Assembly (NCBI GenBank): GCA_964615205.1
Contig: CAZTQA010000002.1
Location: 53,286 to 117,285, forward strand
Length of the DNA: 64,000 nucleotides
DNA from: an uncultured Candidatus Saccharibacteria bacterium
GTDB lineage: Bacteria > Patescibacteriota > Minisyncoccia > Minisyncoccales > JAGMDC01
Direction: 5' to 3'
How positions within the stretch are numbered: the stretch's first letter is position 1; every line of letters begins with the position of its first letter. The position numbers and the translations under genes are program-made. Below are positions 7,820 through 17,600 of the stretch, piece by piece. Under the pieces are notes generated by a model. It was not told the DNA's origin. It ran no database searches and saw nothing but the letters and a program-made list of their open reading frames with translations.

Positions 7820-10800
7820 CTATCGTATTGGTTTGACAAAGTAAATAGAGTAATGACCCGGGAGATAAACGATTTTGTCGAAACCCAAAGAAATGCTCTG
7901 TCGGAAGCGCTCAAATGACTGACTAAAGATTTCTTCACCGTTAGAGTTTAAACCCATAACACCGCCGCCAGAACCAAGATAAGTATAAATATTCCCTTGG
8001 GAGTCAACAACTAAACTGTCTAAAGGATTGCTTAGCAATCTTTTCTCCCAAACAACTTTTCCGGTTGAAACGCTGACAGCATAAAGAACTCCGTAAACAG
8101 AACCAACCGGGCCCCAAACCGGATGGCGAGTGGCATAAACAACTTCTTCATCTGGGCTCAAAGCCCTAGGAAAAAGACCGTCGTAAGCAAGAGTCCAGAG
8201 TATATCCCCTTCTGAATTCAAAGCATGAAGATATTTGGAACGAATAAAGATTTTATTGTCTTGAGAAATAATAGGATAACTTAAATGTTCGGCTAATCTG
8301 TGAAGTTCTTCAAATTCTGTCTGCCATTTTTCTGTTCCGTCAGAATTAAAAGCCCAAAGCTTATTTTTATGGCTTACATAAACAGTTCCATCCGGTCCCA
8401 CAGAAGGAGAACTAATTTCATCGTCTATTTCTCTGCCAAAAGATTTTTTCCATAATTCCTGGCCTTGATTATCTAAAGCAAAAAGCACATGGTCATAGAC
8501 GTCATCCTCTTTCAAAAAAGTGCTGAAATAAACCACGCCCTCATCATCAACCGCTGGAGAAGTAGTATTAAACATATAATCAATTTCTTTTTTCCACATA
8601 AATCTGCCCGAAGAATCAACTGCGATTAATCCAGTTCCAGACATAAAATAAACTGTACCATCTGGACTGATAGCCGGAGAACTCCTAAGCATGCCCACAT
8701 CTGCTTCGTAAAACCATTCCTTATTCCCTTGAGTATCAAAAGTGTAAATTCCTGTTTTAAGCTCCACCCTTGCCGGAACATAAACCCTGTCGTTCGTAGC
8801 TACTACCAAACCAAAATAATCTCTATCCTCTTTTCTGCCAGCGAATATTCCTGAATCAATATCTTCACTATCGGGCCCTTCAAACCGGCTATAGCCGGAC
8901 CGTTGAGCGTTACCCCCAAACATTTTCCAGGGACTTTGGAAAAAATCCTCTTTATAGAAACTATTTTCTTGTTTGGGAGTCCCAAAAATTGAGTTTCCAT
9001 TAGCATCCTTACCATTAAATATTATCTGATTGTTATCCTGCCACTCATTCAAGCCAATCCTTTCCATAGAAATATAATCCGGTCCAGCTTTACCAGCCAG
9101 CCAAAGACCGTCTTGCGAACAAGTAGTAGAATCAATTAAATTATCATTCTGGTCAAAAAGCCATAGAACTTCACAACTATTATTACCCAATCCATTGCCA
9201 AAAGAACCGGTCCAGTCAGCGGAAATATCAGAAACAGCATTATCGTCTGTGCGTTCTATCAAATAAAAACCGTCTTCAGGAATAGTGGTTGTTCCTAACC
9301 CCTCAATAAAAGAAATGTCCGGCCCATTGTCTGAAGACACTAATTTCCAGCCGGAAATATCTATTTCTTTATCAGTATTGTTATAAAGCTCAATCCATTC
9401 ATCAAAACCAGATGCTTTGGTCCCCATCCAGGCAACTTCGTTTATTAAAACATCTTGCTTGTCCGCCGTAGCTTCAGCGGAGGCGGATTCTTCCTCTTCC
9501 CGATCTTCTTCATTCTCCTGATTCCCTTGGCTCTCTTCATTCTCTTGCTCTCCTGGGTTTCCTCCCCCATTTTCCTCTTCTTGGTTTTTGCTCGTCTCTA
9601 CTGGATTAGTAATATTAATTTTACTTTTAAATTCCGACAAATAATTACTTTTTCCGTTTTCTCTAACTCTAGCTATAATATCTGCCTGGCCTTGAAAATC
9701 TTGATTTTCAATTTTTAATCTAAATTTATTTTCAAACGAAGTGCCAAAGAAAACTTCTTCAATATAGTAAATGGAAGACTGCCAATTATTATCCTCGTCA
9801 CAATCAGAGTAGCAAATAGAAGGGAAAGGACTGCCGGTATCAATGGAAATCTTCACATCATAAACGACAAGATGAAGATTGGAAACAGAAAAAATAACTT
9901 CAATTTCCTTGTTTACCGGGTTTTCTTCTGGATAATCAAGTATAATCTCAGGAGAAGGAGTAGAGGAAGAACTAGAACTAGAACTAGAACTAGAACTAGA
10001 ACTAGAATCATCTTTAGGACCAACGTCATTTTCGACATAAGCGCAATCCTGGTCTATTATTTTTTGCAAGGTTATTTCACCGATTCCGCTCACCCTTATC
10101 AGTTCATAAAGAGAAGAAAAAGGTCTTCCATCTATTATCCTTTGAGCAATTACTGGTCCAACGCCTATTATTTTCTGCAAATCCTCTTTAGATGCAGTAT
10201 TAATATTTACAAGACAGATATCTGTTTCTTCTTCGTCTAATTTTTTTTCAACCTCCTCTTCTTCAATTTCTTCTTCAATTTCTTCTTCAATTTCTTTCTC
10301 TTTAATTTCCTCCTGATCCACTTGATCTTCTTGATTTTCTGGTTCTTGATCCTCTTGGTTCTCTTGATCCCCTATCTCCTCATTCTCTTGCTCTTCTTGA
10401 TTTTTTCGCCCTTCTATGTCAGAAGAAAATGGTTCTGAAACTTGAGCTCCAAAATCAGAAAATATATCAGCTATATTTTTAAAATCATCAACCGTACCCG
10501 ATATTTCATTTTCTATGCTTTTTCTAATCTTTCCAAAAAAAGAAGCCGGCTCCTCAAAGGGATAAGCCGGCACCGGCTCTGAAAAAATTACTTCCACTTT
10601 TGAAGAATCATCCCAGACAAACCCTCCGGTGTAAAGTTCATTCACCCCGCCCGTTATCTTTACAATAAATGGTGAAAGCTTAGTATTTCCTCTCTCAAGC
10701 CATTCTTCTATATCCCAAGGAGATCTTCCTAGCCACATAATACTGGAAGTTCCTTTTAACGGCTCTACTTCTTCAGGACAATAAAATTCTTCAACTATAT

Positions 10801-11326
10801 TTGATTTGTCATTGCCTAAATAACGATAATTAATAAGGTAATGAAATTTTGGCTCTTGAACATTCTTTTTATAAGAAATATATTTAAATTTTAATGGCCC
10901 GTTAGCTATTTTTAATTCATTTTGTGAAAGCCAATCTTTAACTATCTGAACAGCTTTCTCAACTGTCTCTTTTTCTATTTTATCTATAATAGAAGAAATG
11001 TCGTGTTTTAAGATTAAAGAGGCCCCAACTTTAATGATTTTTTCAAGGTATTCTTTAGGAATTTCTACAAAACAATAAGACAGTTCTTTTTTCTGGATTC
11101 CGCTTCTGACCAAAAATAAAGCCGCCTGTTTTTCTGGAGAGGAAAAATCCGGAGAGGTAGTCATATTTATCCATTCATCTACTAATTTATGCTGGCTAGA
11201 ATTCAAAATATTGATAGCCTTTGTTTTTTCTAATTCGTATTCTTCTGAATAACATAAATTTGGCACAACTAAAAAACCTATTACGCAAAATAACATAAAA
11301 AAGCTTAAAAATTTTCTTTTCGTCAT
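7820..11326 (-). CDS. Large secreted multidomain protein: ComEA-like HhH, lamin-tail domain, PQQ-like beta-propeller
   Basis: VNINTASKEDLQKIIGVGPVIAQRII (HhH); VLINEVAWMG...EWIELYN (LTD); PWKMFGGNAQRSG and SSPAISPDGTVY propeller repeats. Confidence 0.8.
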   Translation of the reverse strand: MTKRKFLSFFMLFCVIGFLVVPNLCYSEEYELEKTKAINILNSSQHKLVDEWINMTTSPDFSSPEKQAALFLVRSGIQKKELSYCFVEIPKEYLEKIIKVGASLILKHDISSIIDKIEKETVEKAVQIVKDWLSQNELKIANGPLKFKYISYKKNVQEPKFHYLINYRYLGNDKSNIVEEFYCPEEVEPLKGTSSIMWLGRSPWDIEEWLERGNTKLSPFIVKITGGVNELYTGGFVWDDSSKVEVIFSEPVPAYPFEEPASFFGKIRKSIENEISGTVDDFKNIADIFSDFGAQVSEPFSSDIEGRKNQEEQENEEIGDQENQEDQEPENQEDQVDQEEIKEKEIEEEIEEEIEEEEVEKKLDEEETDICLVNINTASKEDLQKIIGVGPVIAQRIIDGRPFSSLYELIRVSGIGEITLQKIIDQDCAYVENDVGPKDDSSSSSSSSSSSSSSSTPSPEIILDYPEENPVNKEIEVIFSVSNLHLVVYDVKISIDTGSPFPSICYSDCDEDNNWQSSIYYIEEVFFGTSFENKFRLKIENQDFQGQADIIARVRENGKSNYLSEFKSKINITNPVETSKNQEEENGGGNPGEQENEESQGNQENEEDREEEESASAEATADKQDVLINEVAWMGTKASGFDEWIELYNNTDKEIDISGWKLVSSDNGPDISFIEGLGTTTIPEDGFYLIERTDDNAVSDISADWTGSFGNGLGNNSCEVLWLFDQNDNLIDSTTCSQDGLWLAGKAGPDYISMERIGLNEWQDNNQIIFNGKDANGNSIFGTPKQENSFYKEDFFQSPWKMFGGNAQRSGYSRFEGPDSEDIDSGIFAGRKEDRDYFGLVVATNDRVYVPARVELKTGIYTFDTQGNKEWFYEADVGMLRSSPAISPDGTVYFMSGTGLIAVDSSGRFMWKKEIDYMFNTTSPAVDDEGVVYFSTFLKEDDVYDHVLFALDNQGQELWKKSFGREIDDEISSPSVGPDGTVYVSHKNKLWAFNSDGTEKWQTEFEELHRLAEHLSYPIISQDNKIFIRSKYLHALNSEGDILWTLAYDGLFPRALSPDEEVVYATRHPVWGPVGSVYGVLYAVSVSTGKVVWEKRLLSNPLDSLVVDSQGNIYTYLGSGGGVMGLNSNGEEIFSQSFERFRQSISLGFDKIVYLPGHYSIYFVKPIR
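9462..9487. repeat. GC-rich REP-like palindrome embedded in frame
   Basis: TCCGCC-GTA-GCT-TC-AGC-GGA-GGCGGA, encoding SASAEATAD in an otherwise acidic linker. Confidence 0.6.
9968..10003. repeat. (AGAACT)x6 microsatellite encoding poly-Ser
   Basis: Six exact hexamer copies. Confidence 0.9.
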
Positions 11327-11330
11327 TAAA

Positions 11331-11933
11331 TTACTCTATGGTCAAATTATCTATAAATTTATTTAATGATTGCGAGCATTTTTCCAAATTTTCAGAACTA
11401 GTACTTATTCCTATGCCTCGCAATAAATCATCTAAAATATATATTTCAATTGAAGGACCTAATTCTAAACAATCAAAAGTATTCTTTAGAATATTCTTTC
11501 CTTTAATTTCTATTTCCTCAAAATTATCATACTGAATAGCTAAAAAACTATGATTTTCTTTTATTTCTTCTTTTAAGTCCTCTGTATTAATTTTTCTATA
11601 ATCTACTACTGTCTCAATCATACAACCTTGCTGGAGAGGCGGCCTTATCTTATCTGGATTCAATCCTTGAGCATCTGGACTGTAAAAAACCACTGAACCT
11701 TCCATTACATTTATCTTCCTAACGCTCCACCCTTCCGGAGCCTTCATCGTCAAGCCAGCTTTTTTGTTTTCTACAATTGTCCCCTCTTCTGTTTCTATAA
11801 TCACATAATCATCAGGACTGCCGACTTTTTCTCTCTTTTCTTGCTTGAAATAAAAAAACACGGCTCCTGCCGCTAAAATTAATATAATAATTAAAATAAA
11901 AAAATTCCTCTTATTTTCTATTTTCAAAAACAT
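11331..11933 (-). CDS. Membrane-anchored hypothetical protein (PsbP-like fold possible)
   Basis: N-terminal TM; NKKAGLTMKAPEGW motif and C-terminal helix. Confidence 0.55.
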   Translation of the reverse strand: MFLKIENKRNFFILIIILILAAGAVFFYFKQEKREKVGSPDDYVIIETEEGTIVENKKAGLTMKAPEGWSVRKINVMEGSVVFYSPDAQGLNPDKIRPPLQQGCMIETVVDYRKINTEDLKEEIKENHSFLAIQYDNFEEIEIKGKNILKNTFDCLELGPSIEIYILDDLLRGIGISTSSENLEKCSQSLNKFIDNLTIE

Positions 11934-11974
11934 TATTTAATTTTACAACCACCCTCTAACTTTTCAACCCTTCC

Positions 11975-12015
11975 CCTGTGGATAACTAAGTAATCTCACG
12001 ATCGTGAGATTACTT
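11975..12015. repeat. Direct repeat copy B containing a perfect 28-bp palindrome
   Basis: AAGTAATCTCACGA|TCGTGAGATTACTT at 11988-12015, preceded by TGTGGATAA at 11977-11985. Confidence 0.92.
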
Positions 12016-12016
12016 T

Positions 12017-12565
12017 TTATAGTAATTTAAAAATCTTTTCCAAATGTAATTCATTATCTATAAAATCCAATGTACCGTAGCGAACATATTTTCTTAAGTC
12101 AAAAAACTCAATAATAAAATCTAATTCATCTTCGCATTTATAGGGAAAAACAAAGACGCTTTTTTGCAGTTCGTAAAAACCTAATTTTTTAAGCTTATCC
12201 CTCAAAGCGTCTCTCCCTCTTCTTAATTTCTCTGGAATATCAAATATAACTATTCTCCATTTACCGTCCCAATTATCTCTTCTAATTTTCATCTTTTCAA
12301 AATGAAAATTCAAAGCTTTCAATTTACCTTTCTTTGTCAAAACCAAAGTACTACTCTTATCGGAATTCTCTTTAAAATCAACTAATTTTGATCCATAGAG
12401 TTTTCTTATTTCTTCGTTGAGTTTTCTTTGATTGATTAGTTTCCATTCTCTAGCTGTTTCCTTTAATATCTTAATCTGCCCTCTGGACGTATAGGTAAAA
12501 TCTAAAGCCAAACCACTTAATAAAAGAATTATGATCTTTTGTTTATTGGAAGATAACTCAGACAT
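12017..12565 (-). CDS. PaaX-like regulator (winged helix plus Cas2-like ferredoxin domain)
   Basis: LTKKGK wing followed by WDGKWRIVIFDIPEK...LKKLGFYELQKSVFV. Confidence 0.85.
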   Translation of the reverse strand: MSELSSNKQKIIILLLSGLALDFTYTSRGQIKILKETAREWKLINQRKLNEEIRKLYGSKLVDFKENSDKSSTLVLTKKGKLKALNFHFEKMKIRRDNWDGKWRIVIFDIPEKLRRGRDALRDKLKKLGFYELQKSVFVFPYKCEDELDFIIEFFDLRKYVRYGTLDFIDNELHLEKIFKLL

Positions 12566-12592
12566 TACTTAATAATAGCAAAAACATCACTA

Positions 12593-12620
12593 AAGTAAAC
12601 TCACGATCGTGAGATTACTT
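12593..12620. repeat. Third copy of the 28-bp palindrome, upstream of the PaaX-like gene
   Basis: AAGTAAACTCACGATCGTGAGATTACTT, one mismatch to copy B. Confidence 0.9.
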
Positions 12621-12769
12621 ATGGATTAACTATAGGTTATTTCTAATTAAATTTTGTTTAGATTTGTTTAGTAAAAAAAATGGACTCCGGAAAGGAGCAC
12701 TTTATTCGCTTGTGTAGAAATCCAGTTGATTGGTGATTACTATTAACAAAATAAGAACCGCAAATATGA

Positions 12770-13513
12770 TTAGAAAGCGAGAAAGGTTTGGATTTTGGAA
12801 ACAGGAATGGTTATTATTCTGTTTTGAGAATCTTCTTCAGAATCTAAAGTATTTAGTCCTATTAAACCGCCTTCAATGTCAAACAAAGGACTGCCTAAAA
12901 ATTTTTTAGTTTCAAAAATGTTGGTTTCTATTAAACCTTGGCTTATTTCACTCACAATACCTTGATTAACAAAAAGAATGGGTAAAATATCAAACTCTGC
13001 GCCTAAAACAAAAATTCTTCTGCCTAATTTTAGCTTTCCTAAATCTGCATAGCCAGGATTATTCAAGTTTTCCGCTTCAAGCTTGATCTCGGCTAAGTTA
13101 TTTTCCAAGTCCCGCTTGATTATTTTTCCCTGCGTTTTTTTAAAGCTCCCATTAGTTCCTTCTTTAATATAGAAAGCATATTCTGCTCCTTCAGGAACAA
13201 TTTCAGCTAAAGTAACTGCTAAACCGTCGGAAGTAACAATAATTCCGCTACCTTCTAAAATTTTCCCATTTTTTTTAGTTGTTTTTATAGCTAAAATGGT
13301 CTTGTCTATTTTTTCCATTGCCAGTTCCAAAGCTGTATTTTCCTGAATATATATTTCCTTGGTTTCATTAACGTAAACCGGAGATTGATTCAAGCGATAT
13401 TCTAAAAAAAGAGGCCTTTCAATAAAATAAGGCCAGAGAATCTGGTCAGCGAAAATTCCTCCTATAGTTCCTACAATAAAAATAATGACTATCTGAAAAA
13501 TAAATTTAGACAT
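12770..13513 (-). CDS. Trypsin-like domain protein, catalytically degenerate
   Basis: GSGIIVTSDG and GSPLFDIEGGLIGLN scaffold present, but triad positions are replaced; ATG at 13513 preferred over the upstream start. Confidence 0.7.
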   Translation of the reverse strand: MSKFIFQIVIIFIVGTIGGIFADQILWPYFIERPLFLEYRLNQSPVYVNETKEIYIQENTALELAMEKIDKTILAIKTTKKNGKILEGSGIIVTSDGLAVTLAEIVPEGAEYAFYIKEGTNGSFKKTQGKIIKRDLENNLAEIKLEAENLNNPGYADLGKLKLGRRIFVLGAEFDILPILFVNQGIVSEISQGLIETNIFETKKFLGSPLFDIEGGLIGLNTLDSEEDSQNRIITIPVSKIQTFLAF

Positions 13514-13515
13514 AG

Positions 13516-16209
13516 TTAACAAACTTCTGCTTTCTTTAATTTAGAGGCGCCGTTAAGAATAATTTTTCCATCCTTAACGTCTACACTTACCCTTTCCCCT
13601 TTTTTAATAATACCAACAACTATCTTTAAAGCTAAGGGGTCTAATAAAAGTTTCTGAATAATCCTTTTCAAGGGTCTGGCGCCCAAATTAGGATCAAATC
13701 CTTTTTCAGCCAAAAGCTCCTTGGCTTTAACATTTACATTCAAAACAATATTTTTACTCTTTAATCTTTTAGCCACTTTTTCCAACTCCAATTCAACAAT
13801 ATTTTTAATCTCTTTTTTGCCCAGATAATTAAAGATAATGATTTCGTCAATGCGATTTAAAAATTCCGGCCTGAAAGTTTCTCTCAAAACAGACATCACC
13901 TTTTCTTTCAGAGAATGTTTCATTTCTTCTCTTCCTTTCATAAAGCCGATTTCATCCGCTGAACCCATTTCAGCAATCTCTTCAGAGCCAATATTAGAAG
14001 TCATAATTAAAATGGTGTTTTTAAAAGAAACCTTCCTGCCTTTAGCGTCAGTTAATCTTCCGTCTTCTAAGATCTGAAGCAGAATATTAAAAACTTCGGG
14101 ATTGGCTTTCTCTACCTCATCCAGTAAAACCACGCTGTAAGGCCTTCTGCGGATTTTTTCAGTTAGCTGGCCTGATTCTTCATATCCGACGTATCCGGGA
14201 GGAGCACCGATAATTTTGGAGACCGTGTGCTTTTCCATATATTCAGACATATCCAAACGAATCATAGCGTTTTCGTCATTGAAAAGAAATTCAGCCAAAG
14301 CCCGGGCTGTCTCGGTTTTGCCCACGCCTGTGGGGCCCAAAAACATAAAGGATCCGAGGGGCCTGTTTTCTTCAGCAATTCCAGCTCTGGAGCGCCGGAT
14401 GGCATTAGCAATAGCTTTAATTGCTGTTTCCTGTCCGATCACCCGCCTGGAAAGAATTCCCTCTAGTTTTTCCAGCTTTCTGGCTTCTTCTTCCATCAAC
14501 CGAGTCACAGGTATACCTGTCCAGGAAGCCACTACTCGCGCCACATCCTCTTCTCCAACATCCTCTTTAAGCAATCCTTTCTTTTTTTGGAAACGGGAAA
14601 GTTCTTTTTCCTTTTTGCCTATTTCTTTGAGCAGCTCTGGTATTTTTCCGTATTTTATTTCTGCCACTCTCTGAAGATTGCCTTCCCTTTGATTTACTTC
14701 GGCTTGAAAATTTAAATCATCAATCTCTTTTTTGAGATTTCTGATACCTTGGATAAGATCCTTTTCTGTTTTCCAGCGCATCTCAATTTCTTTTATTTTT
14801 TCTTTCAAGTCAGCCAACTTGCGGTTGATAACTGTCAAACGTTTCTTGGTATTGGCTCCTTTTTCTTTGTTAAGAGCCTGTTTTTCAATTTCTAATTTCT
14901 GAATTTCTTTCCTGTATTCATCAAATTCACTCGGCTCTGATTCTATTTCCAGACGCAAAGCGCTGGTAGCTTCATCAATCAAATCCACCGCCTTATCGGG
15001 CAAAAACCTGTCTGTGATATAGCGGCTGGAAAGCTCGGCTGCTGCCACCAAGGCAGAATCTTTTATCTTCACTCCGTGATGAAGCTCATATTTTTCTTTT
15101 ATCCCACGAAGAATAGCAATAGTATCTTCCACCGAAGGTTCAGAAACATAAACCGGCTGGAATCTTCTTTCCAGAGCAGCATCCTTTTCAATATATTTTT
15201 GATACTCTTTCAAAGTAGTAGCTCCTATGGCTCTTAATTCTCCTCTTGCTAAAGCTGGCTTAAGCAAGTTGGAAGCATCAATAGCTCCCTCAGCTGCTCC
15301 AGCCCCTACTAAAGTATGAAGTTCGTCAATAAATAAAAGATAATGCCCGGATGCCCGATTAATTTCTTTAATCAAGGCCTTCATTCTGTCTTCAAATTCC
15401 CCCCTATACTTGGTCCCGGCAATTAAACTTCCTAAATCCAAAGAAATTATTTCTTTATCCTGCAGACTTTCAGGAACATCTTTTTGAATAATCCTTTGAG
15501 CCAGACCTTCCACAATAGCGGTCTTACCTACTCCGGCCTCGCCGATTAAAACAGGATTGTTCTTGGTTCTGCGAGAAAGAACCTGCATCAGACGTCTGAT
15601 TTCATTTTCCCTTCCCACTACCGGATCCAGTTTTCCCTGTTTGGCTAAAAGATTAAGGTTATGGGCATACTTATCTAAAACCTGGTATTTGGTTTCCGGC
15701 TCCGGATCAGTAATTCTCTGACCTCCTCTGATTTGCTTTAAAATTTTTAAAACCTCACTATAGTTTAATTTTCCAAATTCCAACGCAGCTGCTCCTCCGC
15801 CAGGAGAAAGAAACTTAACATTTTCCAAAACCTCTTTGGCTTTGGTAGGCACTTCCAGCAGGGATAAAAACAAATGCTCTACAGAAATAAACTCATCATT
15901 CATTTTCATTGCTTCCTGTCTGGCTCTTTCTAAAACCTTTGCCATATCTTGGGTTAAATAAAACTGGCCGAATGCCTGAGCATTAGAAATACTTGAGATT
16001 TCAGAAAGAAATTTCTTGGTTTTCTTTTTTAAATCCTCTATATCTGCTCCCAGTTTCTGAAGCAATGTTAAAACTAAGCTTTCCTCCTGCGAAGTCAAAG
16101 CATAAAGTAAGTGAAGAGCATCAATTTGTTGCTGTCCCATTTCCCGGGCTAAATCTTGAGCCAAGAGAATTGCCTCTTGAGCTTTGTGGGTAAAATTAGC
16201 ACCAGTCAT
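13516..16209 (-). CDS. clpB: ATP-dependent chaperone ClpB
   Basis: Clp N domain, two AAA+ modules ([16 protein letters not shown]), long coiled-coil middle domain. Confidence 0.93.
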   Translation of the reverse strand: MTGANFTHKAQEAILLAQDLAREMGQQQIDALHLLYALTSQEESLVLTLLQKLGADIEDLKKKTKKFLSEISSISNAQAFGQFYLTQDMAKVLERARQEAMKMNDEFISVEHLFLSLLEVPTKAKEVLENVKFLSPGGGAAALEFGKLNYSEVLKILKQIRGGQRITDPEPETKYQVLDKYAHNLNLLAKQGKLDPVVGRENEIRRLMQVLSRRTKNNPVLIGEAGVGKTAIVEGLAQRIIQKDVPESLQDKEIISLDLGSLIAGTKYRGEFEDRMKALIKEINRASGHYLLFIDELHTLVGAGAAEGAIDASNLLKPALARGELRAIGATTLKEYQKYIEKDAALERRFQPVYVSEPSVEDTIAILRGIKEKYELHHGVKIKDSALVAAAELSSRYITDRFLPDKAVDLIDEATSALRLEIESEPSEFDEYRKEIQKLEIEKQALNKEKGANTKKRLTVINRKLADLKEKIKEIEMRWKTEKDLIQGIRNLKKEIDDLNFQAEVNQREGNLQRVAEIKYGKIPELLKEIGKKEKELSRFQKKKGLLKEDVGEEDVARVVASWTGIPVTRLMEEEARKLEKLEGILSRRVIGQETAIKAIANAIRRSRAGIAEENRPLGSFMFLGPTGVGKTETARALAEFLFNDENAMIRLDMSEYMEKHTVSKIIGAPPGYVGYEESGQLTEKIRRRPYSVVLLDEVEKANPEVFNILLQILEDGRLTDAKGRKVSFKNTILIMTSNIGSEEIAEMGSADEIGFMKGREEMKHSLKEKVMSVLRETFRPEFLNRIDEIIIFNYLGKKEIKNIVELELEKVAKRLKSKNIVLNVNVKAKELLAEKGFDPNLGARPLKRIIQKLLLDPLALKIVVGIIKKGERVSVDVKDGKIILNGASKLKKAEVC

Positions 16210-16273
16210 ATTCTATATTTATTTTTACTATAAAATGGCTTAAAAATCAAGTTTATAAAATAAAAGGGAAAAA

Positions 16274-17593
16274 TTACTCTTCGCGTTCAGCTAAAACTAT
16301 CCAGACATCTTTTTCTTCTTCATCGCTTAACACCCTTAACTTCACTTTATCTTCTGGATTATATTTAACTATAATATTAGCCAAAGAATTCTCTGTGGTA
16401 ATTCTCTCATTATTAAGCTCTAAGATTATATCCCCTTCTTTTAATCCAGCTTCTTCTGCCGGAGAACCCGGAGAAATAGCTTGTTCGTCATAGTTTTCAC
16501 CAGAAACAATCAAAGCACCGTAATCAACCTCCAATTTATATTCTTTTTTGACAACCTCGTTTATGAGAACATAACGCACTCCGATGAAAGGATAAACTAT
16601 TCTGCCTATGTCTTTTATCTGCTCTACGTCTCTTTCGGCTTTGTTTATAGGAATGGCAAAACCAATATTTTGGGCACCAACCACTGTAGCTGTGTTTATG
16701 CCAATAACTTCACCTCTTAAATTCAAAAGCGGGCCTCCGGAATTCCCTGCATTAATAGCTGCATCCGTCTGAATAACATCTTCAATGGTTTCTACAATAC
16801 CTCCGCCCGAAGCAGTGATGGTTCTTCCCAAGCCGGAGATTACTCCTACTGAAACCGTATTTTTAAATTCTCCCAAAGCATTACCAATAGCAATTACTGT
16901 CTGGCCAATCTGCAAATTGGAAGAATCACCCAGCTCCACTGTTATAAAAGGTTGGGCATTTACATTGCCGTTGCTATCAGTAATCATTTCCTGATCTATT
17001 TTCAAAATAGCCAAATCCTGAACAGGATCCTGGGCTAAAACCTTGGCTGGAAATTCTCTTCCGTCATTGGTAAAGATAGTATAATCAGCATCTTCTTCTA
17101 AAATGACGTGCTTGTTGGTCAAAATCATACCTTCCTGAGAAATAATAAATCCACTCCCTCCTCCCACTTCTTTTTTCTCTGTTCCTTTCTGCCTGTATTG
17201 GGGCACTTTAAAATCAAAAAACCAGTCATCGTCAAAAGGACTAATATAATATTCCTCTAAAACAGGAACATCTTTGGTAACAATAATACTGACTACAGCT
17301 GGAGAATATTTTTCTACTACTTCAATTATCTTCTCTTCCTGGCTGGTTTGAGGAACGTACTCTTTCTTTACTATTTTAACCGGTTCTTGTATAATCGTTC
17401 TTATTTCCGGCAGTTCAATATTGAATTCAGAAAGAAAATCTTTTAAATCATTGTAATAGTATACAGTCAGAAAAGATCCCAGTAAAAAAATCAAAACAAA
17501 GAAAAGCAAAACAAATATAATACTGAAATTGGAAATTATTTTTTTCCGTTTTTGTTTATCTTTAAGAAAATTGTATTTTGGTAAATCGTACAT
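16274..17593 (-). CDS. htrA: HtrA/DegP-family serine protease with one PDZ domain
   Basis: TNKHV, DLAIL, QTDAAINAGNSGGPL; C-terminal PDZ (GSPAEEAGLKEGDII); start approximate. Confidence 0.9.
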   Translation of the reverse strand: MYDLPKYNFLKDKQKRKKIISNFSIIFVLLFFVLIFLLGSFLTVYYYNDLKDFLSEFNIELPEIRTIIQEPVKIVKKEYVPQTSQEEKIIEVVEKYSPAVVSIIVTKDVPVLEEYYISPFDDDWFFDFKVPQYRQKGTEKKEVGGGSGFIISQEGMILTNKHVILEEDADYTIFTNDGREFPAKVLAQDPVQDLAILKIDQEMITDSNGNVNAQPFITVELGDSSNLQIGQTVIAIGNALGEFKNTVSVGVISGLGRTITASGGGIVETIEDVIQTDAAINAGNSGGPLLNLRGEVIGINTATVVGAQNIGFAIPINKAERDVEQIKDIGRIVYPFIGVRYVLINEVVKKEYKLEVDYGALIVSGENYDEQAISPGSPAEEAGLKEGDIILELNNERITTENSLANIIVKYNPEDKVKLRVLSDEEEKDVWIVLAEREE

Positions 17594-17600
17594 ATTTTTA

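Noticed and set aside
7783-12015. Replication origin
   Set aside because: DnaA boxes are single and kilobases apart; no dnaA/dnaN and no switch in gene orientation
12017-12565. True Cas2 of a CRISPR-Cas locus
   Set aside because: It has an N-terminal winged helix and the WDGKWR motif of PaaX-like proteins; no array or other cas genes
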